A program made the translations under genes and the position numbers. DNA of 58,897 bases from Octopus bimaculoides. Its lineage: Eukaryota. Location: the NCBI RefSeq assembly GCF_001194135.2, contig NC_068982.1:116920097-116978993 (forward strand). The letters run 5' to 3'. Shown piece by piece: positions 12,357 to 27,004 of this stretch; within the stretch, counting starts at the first letter, position 1, and each line of letters begins with the position of its first letter. Under the pieces are notes generated by a model that searched no databases, had not been told where the DNA came from, and worked only from the letters and a program-made list of their open reading frames with translations.

Positions 12357-15300
12357 AAGTAACATTCTAACTAGATATATATATATAACAAATAGTAACA
12401 TATTGCTTGTTGAAATATACATACATATATGCATAAGTATAAATACAAGAATGCGCATGTTTACGTATATATGCGCGTGTGTAAACAAAGAATAGGTTGA
12501 CAGTGATTTCAAGCTAGTCTTCAACGGACTAATTTTCTTGGTTAAAGGTCATCTTGTAGTAGCGTGTTAGTGTATTGTAGAGTTTTTTTTCTGTGGCATT
12601 TAACTGAACCCATCTTTATGGATGTTTGAGTGGGTTGGCAGCAATAATGAATGGTGAGTTGAAAGTAAAATATTATAGAGGAGAAACGGAGAAAGAGAGA
12701 AGGCAAAACAAGTGAGTGGTGGCAGCAGAAAAGATATAGCGGACAAGGAAAAGACTAGTTTTTGGTAGTTGTCAGTGGATTTCTCCCAAACTTGTTGGCA
12801 TAATGTGCTTTATTTTTAAGATACTTGGTGTATCATATTAAGGATGGGTTTTATATTGTTTGAGATTCTTTAGGCATGTATGTAAAGGCAGGTGCAAGAA
12901 ATTAGATTTATATACGAGCAGAGATCAAGTCCTGTGGTTTGGTATGAAAGGTCACATATACGTTACAGTATGGCGAAGCTAATGAAGGCGAACCATTGAA
13001 ATCATTGCAAAATTCTTGATGCTAAATCATGCGCTGATAAAAATATTGTACAGGAAAGGGTAGTTTTGCCAATAAGAACGCATTGACTACGTGTGGTTTC
13101 TTTTAAGTTAACTAGTTCGTAAATTAACAACTAGATTGCTTGACCGATTATTTTATTCGATTAGTTAATGTTTGTTAGTGCTTTTTCCTCACTATTCTAA
13201 TCCCCATCAATGACGTTGCTTACTCTATTCCTAATCTAACAAAATTACGAGCTGTGATACACCAAAGCCAGATGAGGGTACGTTATTAATGAGGTACCAT
13301 CTAACGAACTGATCCTGTCAAACCAAATAATTCACTGATCAAATATTTGGTCAAGACATCGAATTGGATAATTAGTAAAATATTTGAATAAGGAAAATAA
13401 GTCATCAGCTGTTGGAAAATAGTCGCCGGAGTAAAAGATATATGCAGATATAAATGTGTGCGTGTTTGTGCGTGTGCGTTCATGAGTATTTGTATATAAT
13501 AGATAAATGCACATAGAGTTAAGCAACAAAAATGTCAGTCTTTTTATGCATGATATTTAATCACTGATTGTACACAACCTATGCAACTGATTGCAGCCCG
13601 TATGAATTTATACCCGATGACAGAAAAACAGTAAAAATATTTTGAATGTCCCACATGATGAGTAAAATGAAAGCGAGATGTTTAACGCAAACCATCTTGC
13701 AGTACATCTAACTATTTTGGTTAGTCTTCTATTCATAAACCACTGTTGAAGTCGAGACGTTAATCTATTCAAGAGTTGTTGATATATAAATCGAGCAGGA
13801 ATAGAAAAAGGAAAGGAAGGGATAACTTTCTATATCACCGAGGAATATGAAATGTCTTAGAAAGACAGCGAAAAAGGAAAGCCTTCACAGTTCTTCACTG
13901 GATAAGTATAATAAGTTGGAATACTTCAATATAAGCCTGAAGCTATATAATTGAGATCCACAGAAATCTTGGTGGCATAACTTAAGCTGATTTAAGCGAG
14001 ATGCTTAATCTTTGAGAGTGTAAACATACAGATAGCAAGGAAAGTAACCTTTGGTAATATTTCACATTTTATTTTTGAGGTATGTTTCAAGCCCTTTGTT
14101 CCATTGTATTTGATAGGATATAAACATAAAGTCACAGCCCGTTCTTTATCTTGAATCATTTGTCCTCTTCGTCAAACTATAATCTCTGCTGTGAATTTAT
14201 TACACACTCCAGATCACAGCTCACCTACATCTATATTAACAACCCGTTTTGTTGTGACATTAACCGTACCCCATTTCACATCCTATCATCCATCCCTAGT
14301 ACAATAAACACCATTCTCACAATTTTTGAAAATCATTATGGACCTTATTCCCAATACTTCCAATTTAAGCAGTTGCTTTCTTCCAATCTGTAGCGTAGAG
14401 CGTTGTTTGTCCTATCATTGCACGAATGAAAATATTTCGAAGTTACTTTCGATAGACTTACTGCATACATGTATGTAAATAAACATGCATGTATACTTAT
14501 ACATATGTATATTATGTGTAATAAGTGTGTGAATGAGGAGACAAAGAAAAGTGTTGAAATGAAGCTTAAAGAGAGAAAGAGAAAAATATATATGCATTTA
14601 TTTAAATAATACATTCAAAGGTATATAGAGAAAATACATACTCATAGACACGTGCATCACATCTGTAATTATACATATCTATCTTTAATAGTACAAATAG
14701 ATGAATATCTAAAGGTGTGTGCAAGTGTTTGTGGGTGTGTATGTGTGAGCATGTGCACATCAAAGTAATGGCTCAGTATAGACCTGCATATAATCATATA
14801 TTGACCAACACCAAAACAGACCAATATTTAGTAGCATAGAGCCGAAGCTGTAAACAGACAAATGCCGGGTCGCTCCTTTCATCTCAGGCTCAACAAATCC
14901 GCAGAGAAAGAATGAGAAAGACTATTGATTGATTGTCCATGGTACTTACTGGAATATTTTTGTTTGATATTGTAACGTTCAGAGAAAACTTATAAATACA
15001 GAGACAAATACATACACTTATGAATATATAAACTTAGTTATATAGATATACATAAATATATACATGCATACACACACACAGAGACACACACATACACACA
15101 CAACACACACATACACACACAAACACAAACACACACACACACACACACACAAATACATGTACATGCAGAAATATATATTTGATAAGTGGCAATGCACGGA
15201 ATTTGAGCCTCAGAGTTACTCCGTTTTGCAGTTTTGCCGATTAGAACCGTATATACACTCATGCTTTGAGCTCTAGTTTTCCTTTTGCGTCAGTTAATCA

Positions 15301-15744
15301 ATATATATATATATATATATATANNNNNNNNNNNNNNNNNNNNNNNNNNNNNNNNNNNNNNNNNNNNNNNNNNNNNNNNNNNNNNNNNNNNNNNNNNNNN
15401 NNNNNNNNNNNNNNNNNNNNNNNNNNNNNNNNNNNNNNNNNNNNNNNNNNNNNNNNNNNNNNNNNNNNNNNNNNNNNNNNNNNNNNNNNNNNNNNNNNNN
15501 NNNNNNNNNNNNNNNNNNNTGTATGTATGTATGTATGTATGCATGTATGTGTGTGTATGCATATATATATATATATGTGTGTGTGCGTTTGAATTTATCT
15601 ATGCGTATGGGTTTGTGTGACTATGTATGTGCGTGTCTGTACATGGTCATGTGTTTCCGTCTCCTTTTCTGTATGTATGTGTGTGTGTATGCTTGTCTCT
15701 CCGTATTACCTATGTACCAATCTATCTATTTACCNNNNNNNNNN

Positions 15745-16060
15745 TTGCTGACTCTGTCCCTCATTGGAGCTCCGTTCTTTTTGTTTGTTTGCTGTTTGTT
15801 TGTATGTGTGTGCGTCAGCGTGCATGTGTATATACATATGTATGTACGTATGTATGTATGTATGTATGTATGTATGTATGTATGTATGCATGTATGTGTG
15901 TGTATGCATATATATATATATATGTGTGTGTGCGTTTGAATTTATCTATGCGTATGGGTTTGTGTGACTATGTATGTGCGTGTCTGTACATGGTCATGTG
16001 TTTCCGTCTCCTTTTCTGTATGTATGTGTGTGTGTATGCTTGTCTCTCCGTATTACCTAT
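15745..16060 (+). repeat. Microsatellite-rich block, inverted homologue of 17575-17954
   Basis: ttgctgactctgtccc versus rc ttgttgactctgtccg; tatgggtttgtgtga is shared. Confidence 0.7.
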
Positions 16061-16189
16061 GTACCAATCTATCTATTTACCTATCTGTTTACCTACATAT
16101 CCATTTATCTATTTATACATATTCGCCTACATAACAGTCTACTAACAAATCTACCTGTGCATGTATATACTGTTAGTATAGAGGTACCA

Positions 16190-17520
16190 CCACCTTCTGC
16201 GTGTATTTCCTATTTAGTATGGGGGATGTTTCATTTATGAGGACGTACTCCTATATTTGTCTGAGTGATGGATCCTTCAGTGCTTGGATAAAATGCGGAT
16301 GTCACGTCGGGCCAGTGTGCCTCCATGTTGGTCTTTGGCATGTTGGCAGAGTATTGAGGACTGTCTTATGTCGTCGTCTTCTCTCAAATGTTCATTTAAT
16401 CTCTTCACAGTGCTGGTAGATGTCTCACCAATGGATGTCATGTTCTTGTCTTTAGAAGCATTATCTTATGCTGTAGACTACAATTAATGCCATGGTTAAT
16501 CTTACATTCGGGGCAATTCTCCTTGGTGCATGTCGTATTCTTGAAGGAGTACATCCTCCATTGCTGTGAACTGATGGAGCTCCCTGACTTTTCAACGATC
16601 TTAATGTTGAATTTGATCTTCTTCAGAGCTTTCCTAAATCTACGGGTTAGTTTCCTATGGGCTGTGGCCTCTACAAACATCAGTTGATGATATTTGTCAG
16701 CTTTGTACCATGTGTTCATCCTGTTTACTTTGTCACAAACTCTCTGTATCATATTCCAGTCTTTAGCTCTGTATCTAGGGCAAGTACCACTGGTTTCATT
16801 ACATATAATGCTATTTAATCTCTTTATAGCTCTATAGCTCCCCTGTATACCCGGATCCTATCTTTCTGGTCATATCCAGAGAATTACATGCGGTGCATGA
16901 AGTACTGTACATGCTTCCTTGTTTCATAGGGTTCGCATAGCGGGGACACATTATTCATTATCTTAAGTCTGCTACCAGTATGTTGATTTTCTTGTGTGAC
17001 AGAGCTTCCTTCTTGTGAACAACATATTTAGAAGCTATGGGTTTCATATAATAAGAGTAGAGGAGCTGCACTCTGTTGTTCACAATCTCTAAGAAATGTA
17101 CAGTAAAAAGTATAGGGAGTCTATTGTTAGGGTGCCCAATAGGGGAATCTATAGTTACCTTGATACTTTGGTGGATGTAGTTGGCTACGTGCTGGATGCT
17201 CTCCGTTATACACATCACGGTTTCTACACTACAGTTATTACAGTTTGTCCTGGCTAGAATTTTGATGTCATCTAAATACCTACAGTAAAGCAAAACAGTT
17301 GTGGATTATTCAGGTAAGGATTGTTTAAGTTTTCTGTCCCACCAGGTCATGAAGAGGTCAGACACATCTACAGCCACACCGACACCAAGGGCTACACCTT
17401 AAAACTGCTCGTATAGATTCCTGTTGAAATTTACTTTGTGGTTATTATGTTAGCCCCTATTGCATGTGCAATAACTTTTTTTTTACTTGATTATTATTCT
17501 TAGAGTCCTGGGTGGGTGTG
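16190..17520 (-). mobile_element. Penelope-like retroelement, decayed (RT 3' part plus GIY-YIG endonuclease)
   Basis: ALGVGVAVDVSDLFMTWWD, YCRYLDDIKIL, VTIDSPIGHPNNRLPIL, FVEATAHRKL..IKIVEKSG, CTKENCPECK, SIGETS..RLNEH..SILCQHAKDQHGG. Confidence 0.8.
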
Positions 17521-17574
17521 GTACAGCCACTCTAACGCTCTATGATGTTTTTCTTCACTGCTAAGGTGATAGTA

Positions 17575-17954
17575 GGTGGTCTTTCATACATAACTGGCTC
17601 ACGTACATAATCACACAAACCCATAGATATACACACATTCAAACACGCACACACAAGGAGACCGATGTATACACAAATACACAGACACACAGAGACACAA
17701 ACACACAGATACACATTAATATACAGAATATATTCATACAAACGTACACACATGCATACATGTATATATATGCATACACACATACAGACATACACATACA
17801 TGCTTACATACATAATACCAACAAACATACACACATACATACATACATACACACATACATACATACATACATACATACATCTGCTTGCTGACACACACAC
17901 ATGCACACAAACAAAGGAAAAGAACTCAACTCCGATAACGGACAGAGTCAACAA
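17575..17954 (-). repeat. Microsatellite-rich block, inverted homologue of 15745-16060
   Basis: See partner feature. Confidence 0.7.
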
Positions 17955-19070
17955 CTACCGAAGAGGTAGCAAGAAACAAGGACAATTTTAGAAACAAAAC
18001 AAAGAAATGAGTGGAAATCGAACCGGTGAGTGTGTTAATTAATAACGCTTTAAAATAGAATGATTCTCCTCGGACATAATAAAACATGCTTCAACATGTG
18101 AATTCGCATAAAGGATCTTGCAAACCAAATACAAAAACGAAATATATATATATATATATATATNNNNNNNNNNNNNNNNNNNNNNNNNNNNNNNNNNNNN
18201 NNNNNNNNNNNNNNNNNNNNNNNNNNNNNNNNNNNNNNNNNNNNNNNNNNNNNNNNNNNNNNNNNNNNNNNNNNNNNNNNNNNNNNNNNNNNNNNNNNNN
18301 NNNNNNNNNNNNNNNNNNNNNNNNNNNNNNNNNNNNNNNNNNNNNNNNNNNNNNNNNNNNNNNNNNNNNNNNNNNNNNNNNNNNNNNNNNNNNNNNNNNN
18401 NNNNNNNNNNNNNNNNNNNNNNNNNNNNNNNNNNNNNNNNNNNNNNNNNNNNNNNNNNNNNNNNNNNNNNNNNNNNNNNNNNNNNNNNNNNNNNNNNNNN
18501 NNNNNNNNNNNNNNNNNNNNNNNNNNNNNNNNNNNNNNNNNNNNNNNNNNNNNNNNNNNNNNNNNNNNNNNNNNNNNNNNNNNNNNNNNNNNNNNNNNNN
18601 NNNNNNNNNNNNNNNNNNNNNNNNNNNNNNNNNNNNNNNNNNNNNNNNNNNNNNNNNNNNNNNNNNNNNNNNNNNNNNNNNNNNNNNNNNNNNNNNNNNN
18701 NNNNNNNNNNNNNNNNNNNNNNNNNNNNNNNNNNNNNNNNNNNNNNNNNNNNNNNNNNNNNNNNNNNNNNNNNNNNNNNNNNNNNNNNNNNNNNNNNNNN
18801 NNNNNNNNNNNNNNNNNNNNNNNNNNNNNNNNNNNNNNNNNNNNNNNNNNNNNNNNNNNNNNNNNNNNNNNNNNNNNNNNNNNNNNNNNNNNNNNNNNNN
18901 NNNNNNNNNNNNNNNNNNNNNNNNNNNNNNNNNNNNNNNNNNNNNNNNNNNNNNNNNNNNNNNNNNNNNNNNNNNNNNNNNNNNNNNNNNNNNNNNNNNN
19001 NNNNNNNNNNNNNNNNNNNNNNNNNNNNNNNNNNNNNNNNNNNNNNNNNNNNNNNNNNNNNNNNNNNNNN

Positions 19071-19156
<86 letters not shown>

Positions 19157-19194
19157 CATATATATATAGATCGCTGACCACTACACACATTTTT

Positions 19195-19310
19195 TCTCCT
19201 TGTTTCTTTCTGTGTTCCTTTCTGTTGAAGAGCGTAAGCTCGAAACGTTAAATACTTTCTCCATTCCCGAGCGTTATACTAATACATCCATTTGTTGTCT
19301 ACACCGTCTG
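19195..19310 (+). mobile_element. Short repeat resembling a PLE terminus
   Basis: tgaagagcgtaagctcgaaacgtt motif followed by cccgagcgttatactaatacatc. Confidence 0.35.
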
Positions 19311-19800
19311 TTGGAAAATGGAAAGGATAATCAATCGGCAAACATCAGCCTGTAGACATTCATTTATATCTATTTATTAATTGGTTACAATCATATGTAT
19401 AAGAAATCAAAATAAACCAATGAAATAAGCAAATAAGTAAATAAGTAGATAAATAAAAATGAACAAATGATTAAGAATAAATGAGTGAAAAAAAATACTA
19501 AGCTCTTACAGCTTTTCTGCTATGAGATCCCTTCAATTGTAGTCTATAAGTCTGAATATATTTTCATTCACCCATTCCCACTTTTGCTTTTCTATTACAG
19601 CCAATCGCTTGTAAATTTGAAAGCATAACTTAGATCTATCCATAACGGAATAACATTTCCTAAATCTTACTGTAGTGCATAATTCCTCTCTCCATTTCAA
19701 TATGATAATGTACTAATCGGCCACCTTCCTCCGATCCGATAGAGTCCAGTATTGTTTATTCTTTCCATTCATTGCTTCATCCTTTATTTCTTTCGTTCAG

Positions 19801-19882
19801 ACTTGTAAATTTGATATATGTACTTGTAAATTTGATATATGTACTTGTAAATTTGATATATGTACTTGTAAATTTGATATAT
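19801..19882. repeat. 21-bp minisatellite, about 4 copies
   Basis: Unit acttgtaaatttgatatatgt: three perfect copies plus one partial. Confidence 0.97.
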
Positions 19883-20449
19883 ATCTCAGATAGAGTTAAA
19901 CAAATACTATACCCATAACAGTAGGTACTGCTCATTGCCCATTTAATGGCTAAGGCCCCTTAGACAGTTCATTCCTTAAATACTTTTACTTTTTGTTTTT
20001 ATTTGTCTTGTACTTTATTGATAGATTTAACGGAAATGAACAACGCCATTGTTTTCAAATATTAGCGGAATAATTAAGTTGTATGATTAACAATGGCCTC
20101 ACCCTACTCTCCATAGGGATATTAGGATTTGGGTTATGTTAATAAGTAATAAGTAATTAGTAATAACTCGCACTAAAGTTTTGCCCAAATTATTCTTTCA
20201 TTGATATACTTATGTATTGTTTTCTCCAAACAAGTTCACATAAGTTAACTTTCTCAGTTCTTTTTATGATGCTCGTGCTACAGGTTGCAGTATTGCATTT
20301 ACATGGCTTGTAAGACCAAGTTGTCAGAAATGAGTATTTTCAATTGTAGGCATGTGTGTGTATGTGTGTGTATGCGTATCAGGACATATACACGTACACA
20401 GGCACATACACAGGCACTCGCACGCACGCACACACACACGCTCACGCTC

Positions 20450-20498
<49 letters not shown>

Positions 20499-21656
20499 TC
20501 AGCCGTAATTTCGATTCCTCTTTCAAGATTTACTTGTCATTGCGTATCAAACGACGTAGACACAAATTTATGTTTATAAGCAGTCATCTCGTTCTGGTCC
20601 TTTATGTTTCATCACAGGGAAACCTTCTTCGGTTTTTCTGTGATGACACGATGAAGAAGTCAAGCAATAAAACTTCCCCACTTGTATGAAGAGAATTCAT
20701 GTTGGGAGTTTCTAACAGTATTCTCTGTATGCGGTTGATATGTGATGAGTAGAAAACCGTGGAAGGGGAGTCGGTCGAAAGTTTGAAGTAGTCAATATAG
20801 ATATTCTCTAGAGTTATTATAGTTTCTTTAGATCTTTACTAAGTCAGTTACTCCAAGAATTTGCTTTTAATTCTATCGTAAAGCACTATTCACAAAGTTA
20901 TAATAAATACATTTGCGTATGTATTATTGTGCGTTTGTATATAAGTTATATATATTTATCTTAAAGATTAATGTTTCTAAATGCATAAATACAATGAACA
21001 TAACATTGTTTTGTGTAGGGTTAATACTCACTTTATTGATAGTGAGAAGTTTCACCAGTGTTCGAATCTTCACAATCACAAATGTTTGCTCTCTCTTTCT
21101 CTCTCTTAACCACGTGTGTGTATGCGTGTGTGTGCGTGAAGGTGAGAGTGTGTGTGTGTATGTGTGTGCGCGCGTGTGTTTGCACGCGCGTGTGCATGCG
21201 TGCGTGCATTGTGAGTGTGTTCAAATAGTAATGATTGCTAAATCGATCTATCACACAACTTCCGGTTCCGTTCGCAACTTCGGTCCCCTCTTCTTTGTCT
21301 CCCCAACTCACATTATGTTTATATACAAACATATACATACAAATGCAAATATGATAACATTAGTTTCTGTTACCCTATCTATCCTTCACATGCCAAACTT
21401 TTCAGATTTTCATCGTTGAGAAACATTTAGTTAAATATTAAGCAGTGTTGTTATAAACATTTAGTTATCCTAATGAGCTAACATAAATGAAGATAAGAAA
21501 TATCTTTCTCTAAAAGATGTCTGGCTGTACGTGCATGTTCCTACGGGATATTAATAATGAACGCAATACAATAGCATGAAATACAAAAATACACTTGGGT
21601 ATCCCGAATCGGTGAAACAATTATGCATTAAATGTCATTCTTATAGATTTCAATAA

Positions 21657-21775
21657 GACGGTGAGCTGGAAGAATCGCTAACATGTCGGGCAAAATGCTT
21701 AGCGGCATTTCGTCCGTCTTTATGTTCTGAGTTCAGATTCCGCCGAGGTTGACTTTGCCTTTGATCTTTTGGGGT
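21657..21775 (+). mobile_element. SINE family 2 (tRNA-derived), 5' part
   Basis: gacggtgagctggaagaatcg...gttcagattccgccgaggttgactttgcc; homologous to 43652-44090 and 58670-58820. Confidence 0.85.
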
Positions 21776-21780
21776 TGGAA

Positions 21781-22025
21781 GGACAAACACAGATACACAA
21801 ATGCACAGACACACAGACAAACAGACACAGACACACACACACACACACACACACACACGCGACGGGCTTTTTTCAGTTTCCGTCTACCAAATCTACTCAT
21901 GAGGTTTTGGTCAGCTCGATGCTATAGAAGAAGACACTTGCCCAAGGTGCCACGCAGTGGGACTGAACCTGGAACCATGTGGCTGGGAGGCAAGCTTCTT
22001 AGCACACAATCACTCCTGCGCCTAC
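21781..22025 (-). mobile_element. SINE family 1, 5' part
   Basis: Matches 56540-56766; tRNA-like head aggcgcaggagtg on minus strand. Confidence 0.85.
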
Positions 22026-22152
22026 GTATGTATGTATGTATGTATGTATGTATGTATGTATTAAAAACAATTCATTAATAATCGTTAAAACACGAAATAA
22101 TCTGTCATTGAGCCACTCTAACTTCTTTTGATTATTAATAAACAAGATAAAG

Positions 22153-22188
<36 letters not shown>

Positions 22189-23058
22189 TCAGTAAATAGT
22201 GGGGTTGTGTTAACCGCACGTGGAGAAATAATAGGAAAATGTAAAAAAGCCAGAATGCTGAACTGGGAGCATAATTTAATTAAGATTTTTTCTAACCGGT
22301 TTTCATTGCGATGAAGCAAATTATCAAGAAGGAGAATGAAAATGTTTTTTTACAAAGAAGTACAAAAAAGTACAAAATGAAGAAAATAATATATAAAACA
22401 ATAATATATAAAAATATATAAAACAATAATATATAAAAAAAATAAATATACCCATATATACCCATATATACCCATATATATATTATTTTTTTAATATATT
22501 ATTGTTTNNNNNNNNNNNNNNNNNNNNNNNNNNNNNNNNNNNNNNNNNNNNNNNNNNNNNNNNNNNNNNNNNNNNNNNNNNNNNNNNNNNNNNNNNNNNN
22601 NNNNNNNNNNNNNNNNNNNNNNNNNNNNNNNNNNNNNNNNNNNNNNNNNNNNNNNNNNNNNNNNNNNNNNNNNNNNNNNNNNNNNNNNNNNNNNNNNNNN
22701 NNNNNNNNNNNNNNNNNNNNNNNNNNNNNNNNNNNNNNNNNNNNNNNNNNNNNNNNNNNNNNNNNNNNNNNNNNNNNNNNNNNNNNNNNNNNNNNNNNNN
22801 NNNNNNNNNNNNNNNNNNNNNNNNNNNNNNNNNNNNNNNNNNNNNNNNNNNNNNNNNNNNNNNNNNNNNNNNNNNNNNNNNNNNNNNNNNNNNNNNNNNN
22901 NNNNNNNNNNNNNNNNNNNNNNNNNNNNNNNNNNNNNNNNNNNNNNNNNNNNNNNNNNNNNNNNNNNNNNNNNNNNNNNNNNNNNNNNNNNNNNNNNNNN
23001 NNNNNNNNNNNNNNNNNNNNNNNNNNNNNNNNNNNNNNNNNNNNNNNNNNNNNNNNNN

Positions 23059-23126
<68 letters not shown>

Positions 23127-23905
23127 TTATAGGTTTATATATGCATGTTTAGATATATATACATACATATGCATATATGCACATGTACATATATATATAC
23201 ATATATATTTACATATATACATTTGTTTAGTAAATTACATACAAACTTAGAATCATACATATGCACATGCATACATACATACATACATACACGTACGCAT
23301 GCGCACTTACAGACACACACAGACCTGCATATAGAATTAGATGCATGCGCACATAGCTGTAGTGATAACTATATAAGTGGTAAATTTTTATTCATATAAA
23401 AAAATGGCAGAACAAAACACAAAACAAAAAATAAATAATAGAAAATGNNNNNNNNNNACGTTGTGGCACAATATTAATTTTTCATATAATTGAGGATTGA
23501 AATCTTTCTTTAGCTTTGTTCAATATGCTGAACCATTACCATTTTCTTCAGAAGTTCTGTTCAGACAATATTCTGCAGTGATGCATGCATATGACTGTAC
23601 ATTTGTCTGTAGGTGTGTGATTATGCCGAAGCGCATGCATATTTTTGTTTGTATTATATCCTGTAGACTCAGTAGTGACGTCTACCACATGTTGACTATT
23701 CAAACTTCAAATGTAAACATCGTTCTAGGATATGATTATTCTGTTAGCATGTCGGCAAGTTTAATTTACTGCATTTCTCTCTCTATCCACGCTTTTCGCT
23801 CTTTCCGATCTCTTCCTCATTTTCAATTCGTCGTCTCTTCTTCATATATGAGTACATGTGTATATGTATGCTTGTAGAAGTATGTATAAATATGCGTGCA
23901 CATGC

Positions 23906-23955
<50 letters not shown>

Positions 23956-24899
23956 ACGTGTGTTTGTGTATGTATGTGCATATATATTTATATATATATG
24001 TATATATATATATATATATATANNNNNNNNNNNNNNNNNNNNNNNNNNNNNNNNNNNNNNNNNNNNNNNNNNNNNNNNNNNNNNNNNNNNNNNNNNNNNN
24101 NNNNNNNNNNNNNNNNNNNNNNNNNNNNNNNNNNNNNNNNNNNNNNNNNNNNNNNNNNNNNNNNNNNNNNNNNNNNNNNNNNNNNNNNNNNNNNNNNNNN
24201 NNNNNNNNNNNNNNNNNNNNNNNNNNNNNNNNNNNNNNNNNNNNNNNNNNNNNNNNNNNNNNNNNNNNNNNNNNNNNNNNNNNNNNNNNNNNNNNNNNNN
24301 NNNNNNNNNNNNNNNNNNNNNNNNNNNNNNNNNNNNNNNNNNNNNNNNNNNNNNNNNNNNNNNNNNNNNNNNNNNNNNNNNNNNNNNNNNNNNNNNNNNN
24401 NNNNNNNNNNNNNNNNNNNNNNNNNNNNNNNNNNNNNNNNNNNNNNNNNNNNNNNNNNNNNNNNNNNNNNNNNNNNNNNNNNNNNNNNNNNNNNNNNNNN
24501 NNNNNNNNNNNNNNNNNNNNNNNNNNATATATATATATATATATATATAAATATATATATATGAATGCCTGTGTTTAAATGCCGTTTAAAATACGAGTGG
24601 ATGTGTACATACGTACACATCCAGACACTGCACTGACACTTTTTCTGCTTATCTAGACCACGTGTGGTCTCAGAAAAGCCTGAAAATATGAATGAAGATA
24701 GATGACTATAATGCCTATATTTTTTACAAGTTTTCTTTATTCTTGCGAGACATGGCTTGCTTGCAAGAAGTATTTAAACCTACCGATGCTTTTTCATCGA
24801 TGGTGTCAGGGATCGATCTTGGACATTCACTGAATCTCGCATGTTTCAGACACAGAGGTACAGGAACCAGCTGATACACTCAGCATAGAAGCTCACATA

Positions 24900-25460
24900 C
24901 ACAAGCACTGCTTTCACTGTGCAGGACATCCGATACACCTGAACAATAATTGTATTCTAAAGCAGATGCTTTACGGAGAGCTGGCTGAAAAAAAGGTCCC
25001 GGAAAAAAACCCTTAAAAGTGTTTCAAGGAGTGTGCCAAAGACTCTCTCACATTTCGATCTTGACCTTCACAATTAGGAAGAACAGGATGGCGGTAGAAA
25101 CATCTAGACAAAACAAATAAACGAAAGATATCACTCATTTCATACAAAGTCAATAAGCAAAAAATAAAGAAAACAAAAAATGACAAAACAAAAATAAAAA
25201 AAAAAAACAAAAAACGAGCGCCTACGATGGAGAAAAAGTACAAATACCTGTTCTTCAGTTTGTTTGCCATGAGGGTGGCCGAATATACTTGTCATGCGTA
25301 AGACTCCAAGCCACTTCAGGAGTCACATAGATAAACCACCAACAATTTATGCTCAGTCATTATTGCAGACCCACGTCCTTGTGATGTGTACGGCAAAGTC
25401 TGCGAGAGCTGCGCTGGACTCACGACACATTCCAAGACCTATACTAATTCTTCACCTGAG
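24900..25460 (+). mobile_element. RTE-clade LINE 3' remnant
   Basis: LKQMLYGELAEKK followed by a Zn-finger-like CDVYGKVCESCAGLTTHSKTY. Confidence 0.55.
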
Positions 25461-26859
25461 ATGTTTAAGCTCTTGATGAAAACATGGATTTCGTTTGTTG
25501 CTTCAAGCTTTATAAGTCTCGGTGGCTTCATAAGTCACTGTCAATGCCATGTTCGTACGAACAAGTTATACGTGAACCTGCCAGTGGTGGGCATACTCGT
25601 CTAACGAGTAGACAAATATCACGTATGTATGTATGTATGTATGTATGTATGTATGCTCGTACGTGCCTACGTATGTATGTATGTATACATATATGTATGT
25701 ATGTATGTATGATTTTGCTTTAAGTTCTTGAGAGAGTTCAGGCCAGTCGCTGATAAAGTGACAATACATTTTGAGTTAAGATAGTTCCCGCTTTTTGAAA
25801 ATATATGGTTGGTTTGGTGTGTTGGTTGAACTGTCAACTTATACACCCAAGTAACTGCATCTATTCACATAAGAATTTCAGATGGAAAAGTAATGGAACG
25901 TCTCACAAATCTCCATTGTGCCACTAATAGATTGGATTTGGATAATCCTGTTATTTTATTTTGCTCTTTCTCCCTTAAACAGCATTTCTAGGTTTTCATG
26001 CAAATTTGTTGGTGCATAACATAATGCACCTATGGTGATAGGTAGAAATGATAATTCATAGTCAGGGTACAAGTTCCACAGACCTGATGCTACAGAACAG
26101 ATGCAATGGAAATAGTAGAGCCAGCATTATTTCGTATCTCGATCAACTAAAATTAGCAGCCAAATTTCACTCGCATAGCACATTGGTATCTTAGAGTAAA
26201 CACATATATGTAATGTAATACTGAGGAATTCATGGATGGCCAACACAGAAACTCGTGAAAATACTACTTGGGATGGATCCCATTCTGATATTGTTTTTCC
26301 GGAGAACCTTTGGAATATTCAAGGCTATACTGTTTGAGAATGCATTGCTCTTCCTTGAATCTCACGTCAGTGCAAAATGTATTCATGAAATGTAAGGCAA
26401 CATCGGAGTCCTTAATATTGGGAATATATCTGAACTGCGTAATATATCTCTGCCACGCAATATATCTGAGAGTTTTGGCATATTGACGGGAATGCTATCG
26501 TAATATATATTATCTGGAAGCTTTTCGAAAAGCCCTATATATGTGTGGGAGCTTCTTGAAAAATCTTATTTCAAATTTGGGCATAGAAAAAACCGAATTA
26601 AGAGGAATGCCACGCTAGCAGAGAGCTAACATTTTTCCTCAAACGCAGAATCTTATACAAGGGTTTGACATTTAAAAGAAACGTGAACAAAGAACGATTT
26701 AAGAGATATCTAGAAGTCTTTCACTCTAACATACTACATCAGCTATTTATAAAAGATTGCAGCCAAAACCATCCAGTCCACCTCCACTAATCCACAAATA
26801 GCAATGTCATATACACAGGAAATCAAAAGCTGATTCGTTTCTTTTTTGCTGTTTAACAA

Positions 26860-26908
<49 letters not shown>

Positions 26909-26923
26909 GTCTGTATATCTATT

Positions 26924-27004
<81 letters not shown>

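Noticed and set aside
14950-14988. 39-nt minus-strand micro-exon (FSLNVTISNKNIP) with a GTAAGT donor
   Set aside because: Weak AAG acceptor and no homology; compatible with chance
15520-16080. Near-exact duplication 15520-15734 versus 15866-16080
   Set aside because: The first copy is a tiny contig between two gaps, probably an assembly artefact
19222-19250. Hammerhead-like ttgaagag..ctcgaaacgtt
   Set aside because: C3 is absent and no stem I was found
19801-19882. Regular 21-bp repeat as a possible CRISPR array
   Set aside because: There are no spacers; it is a plain minisatellite in eukaryotic DNA with no cas genes
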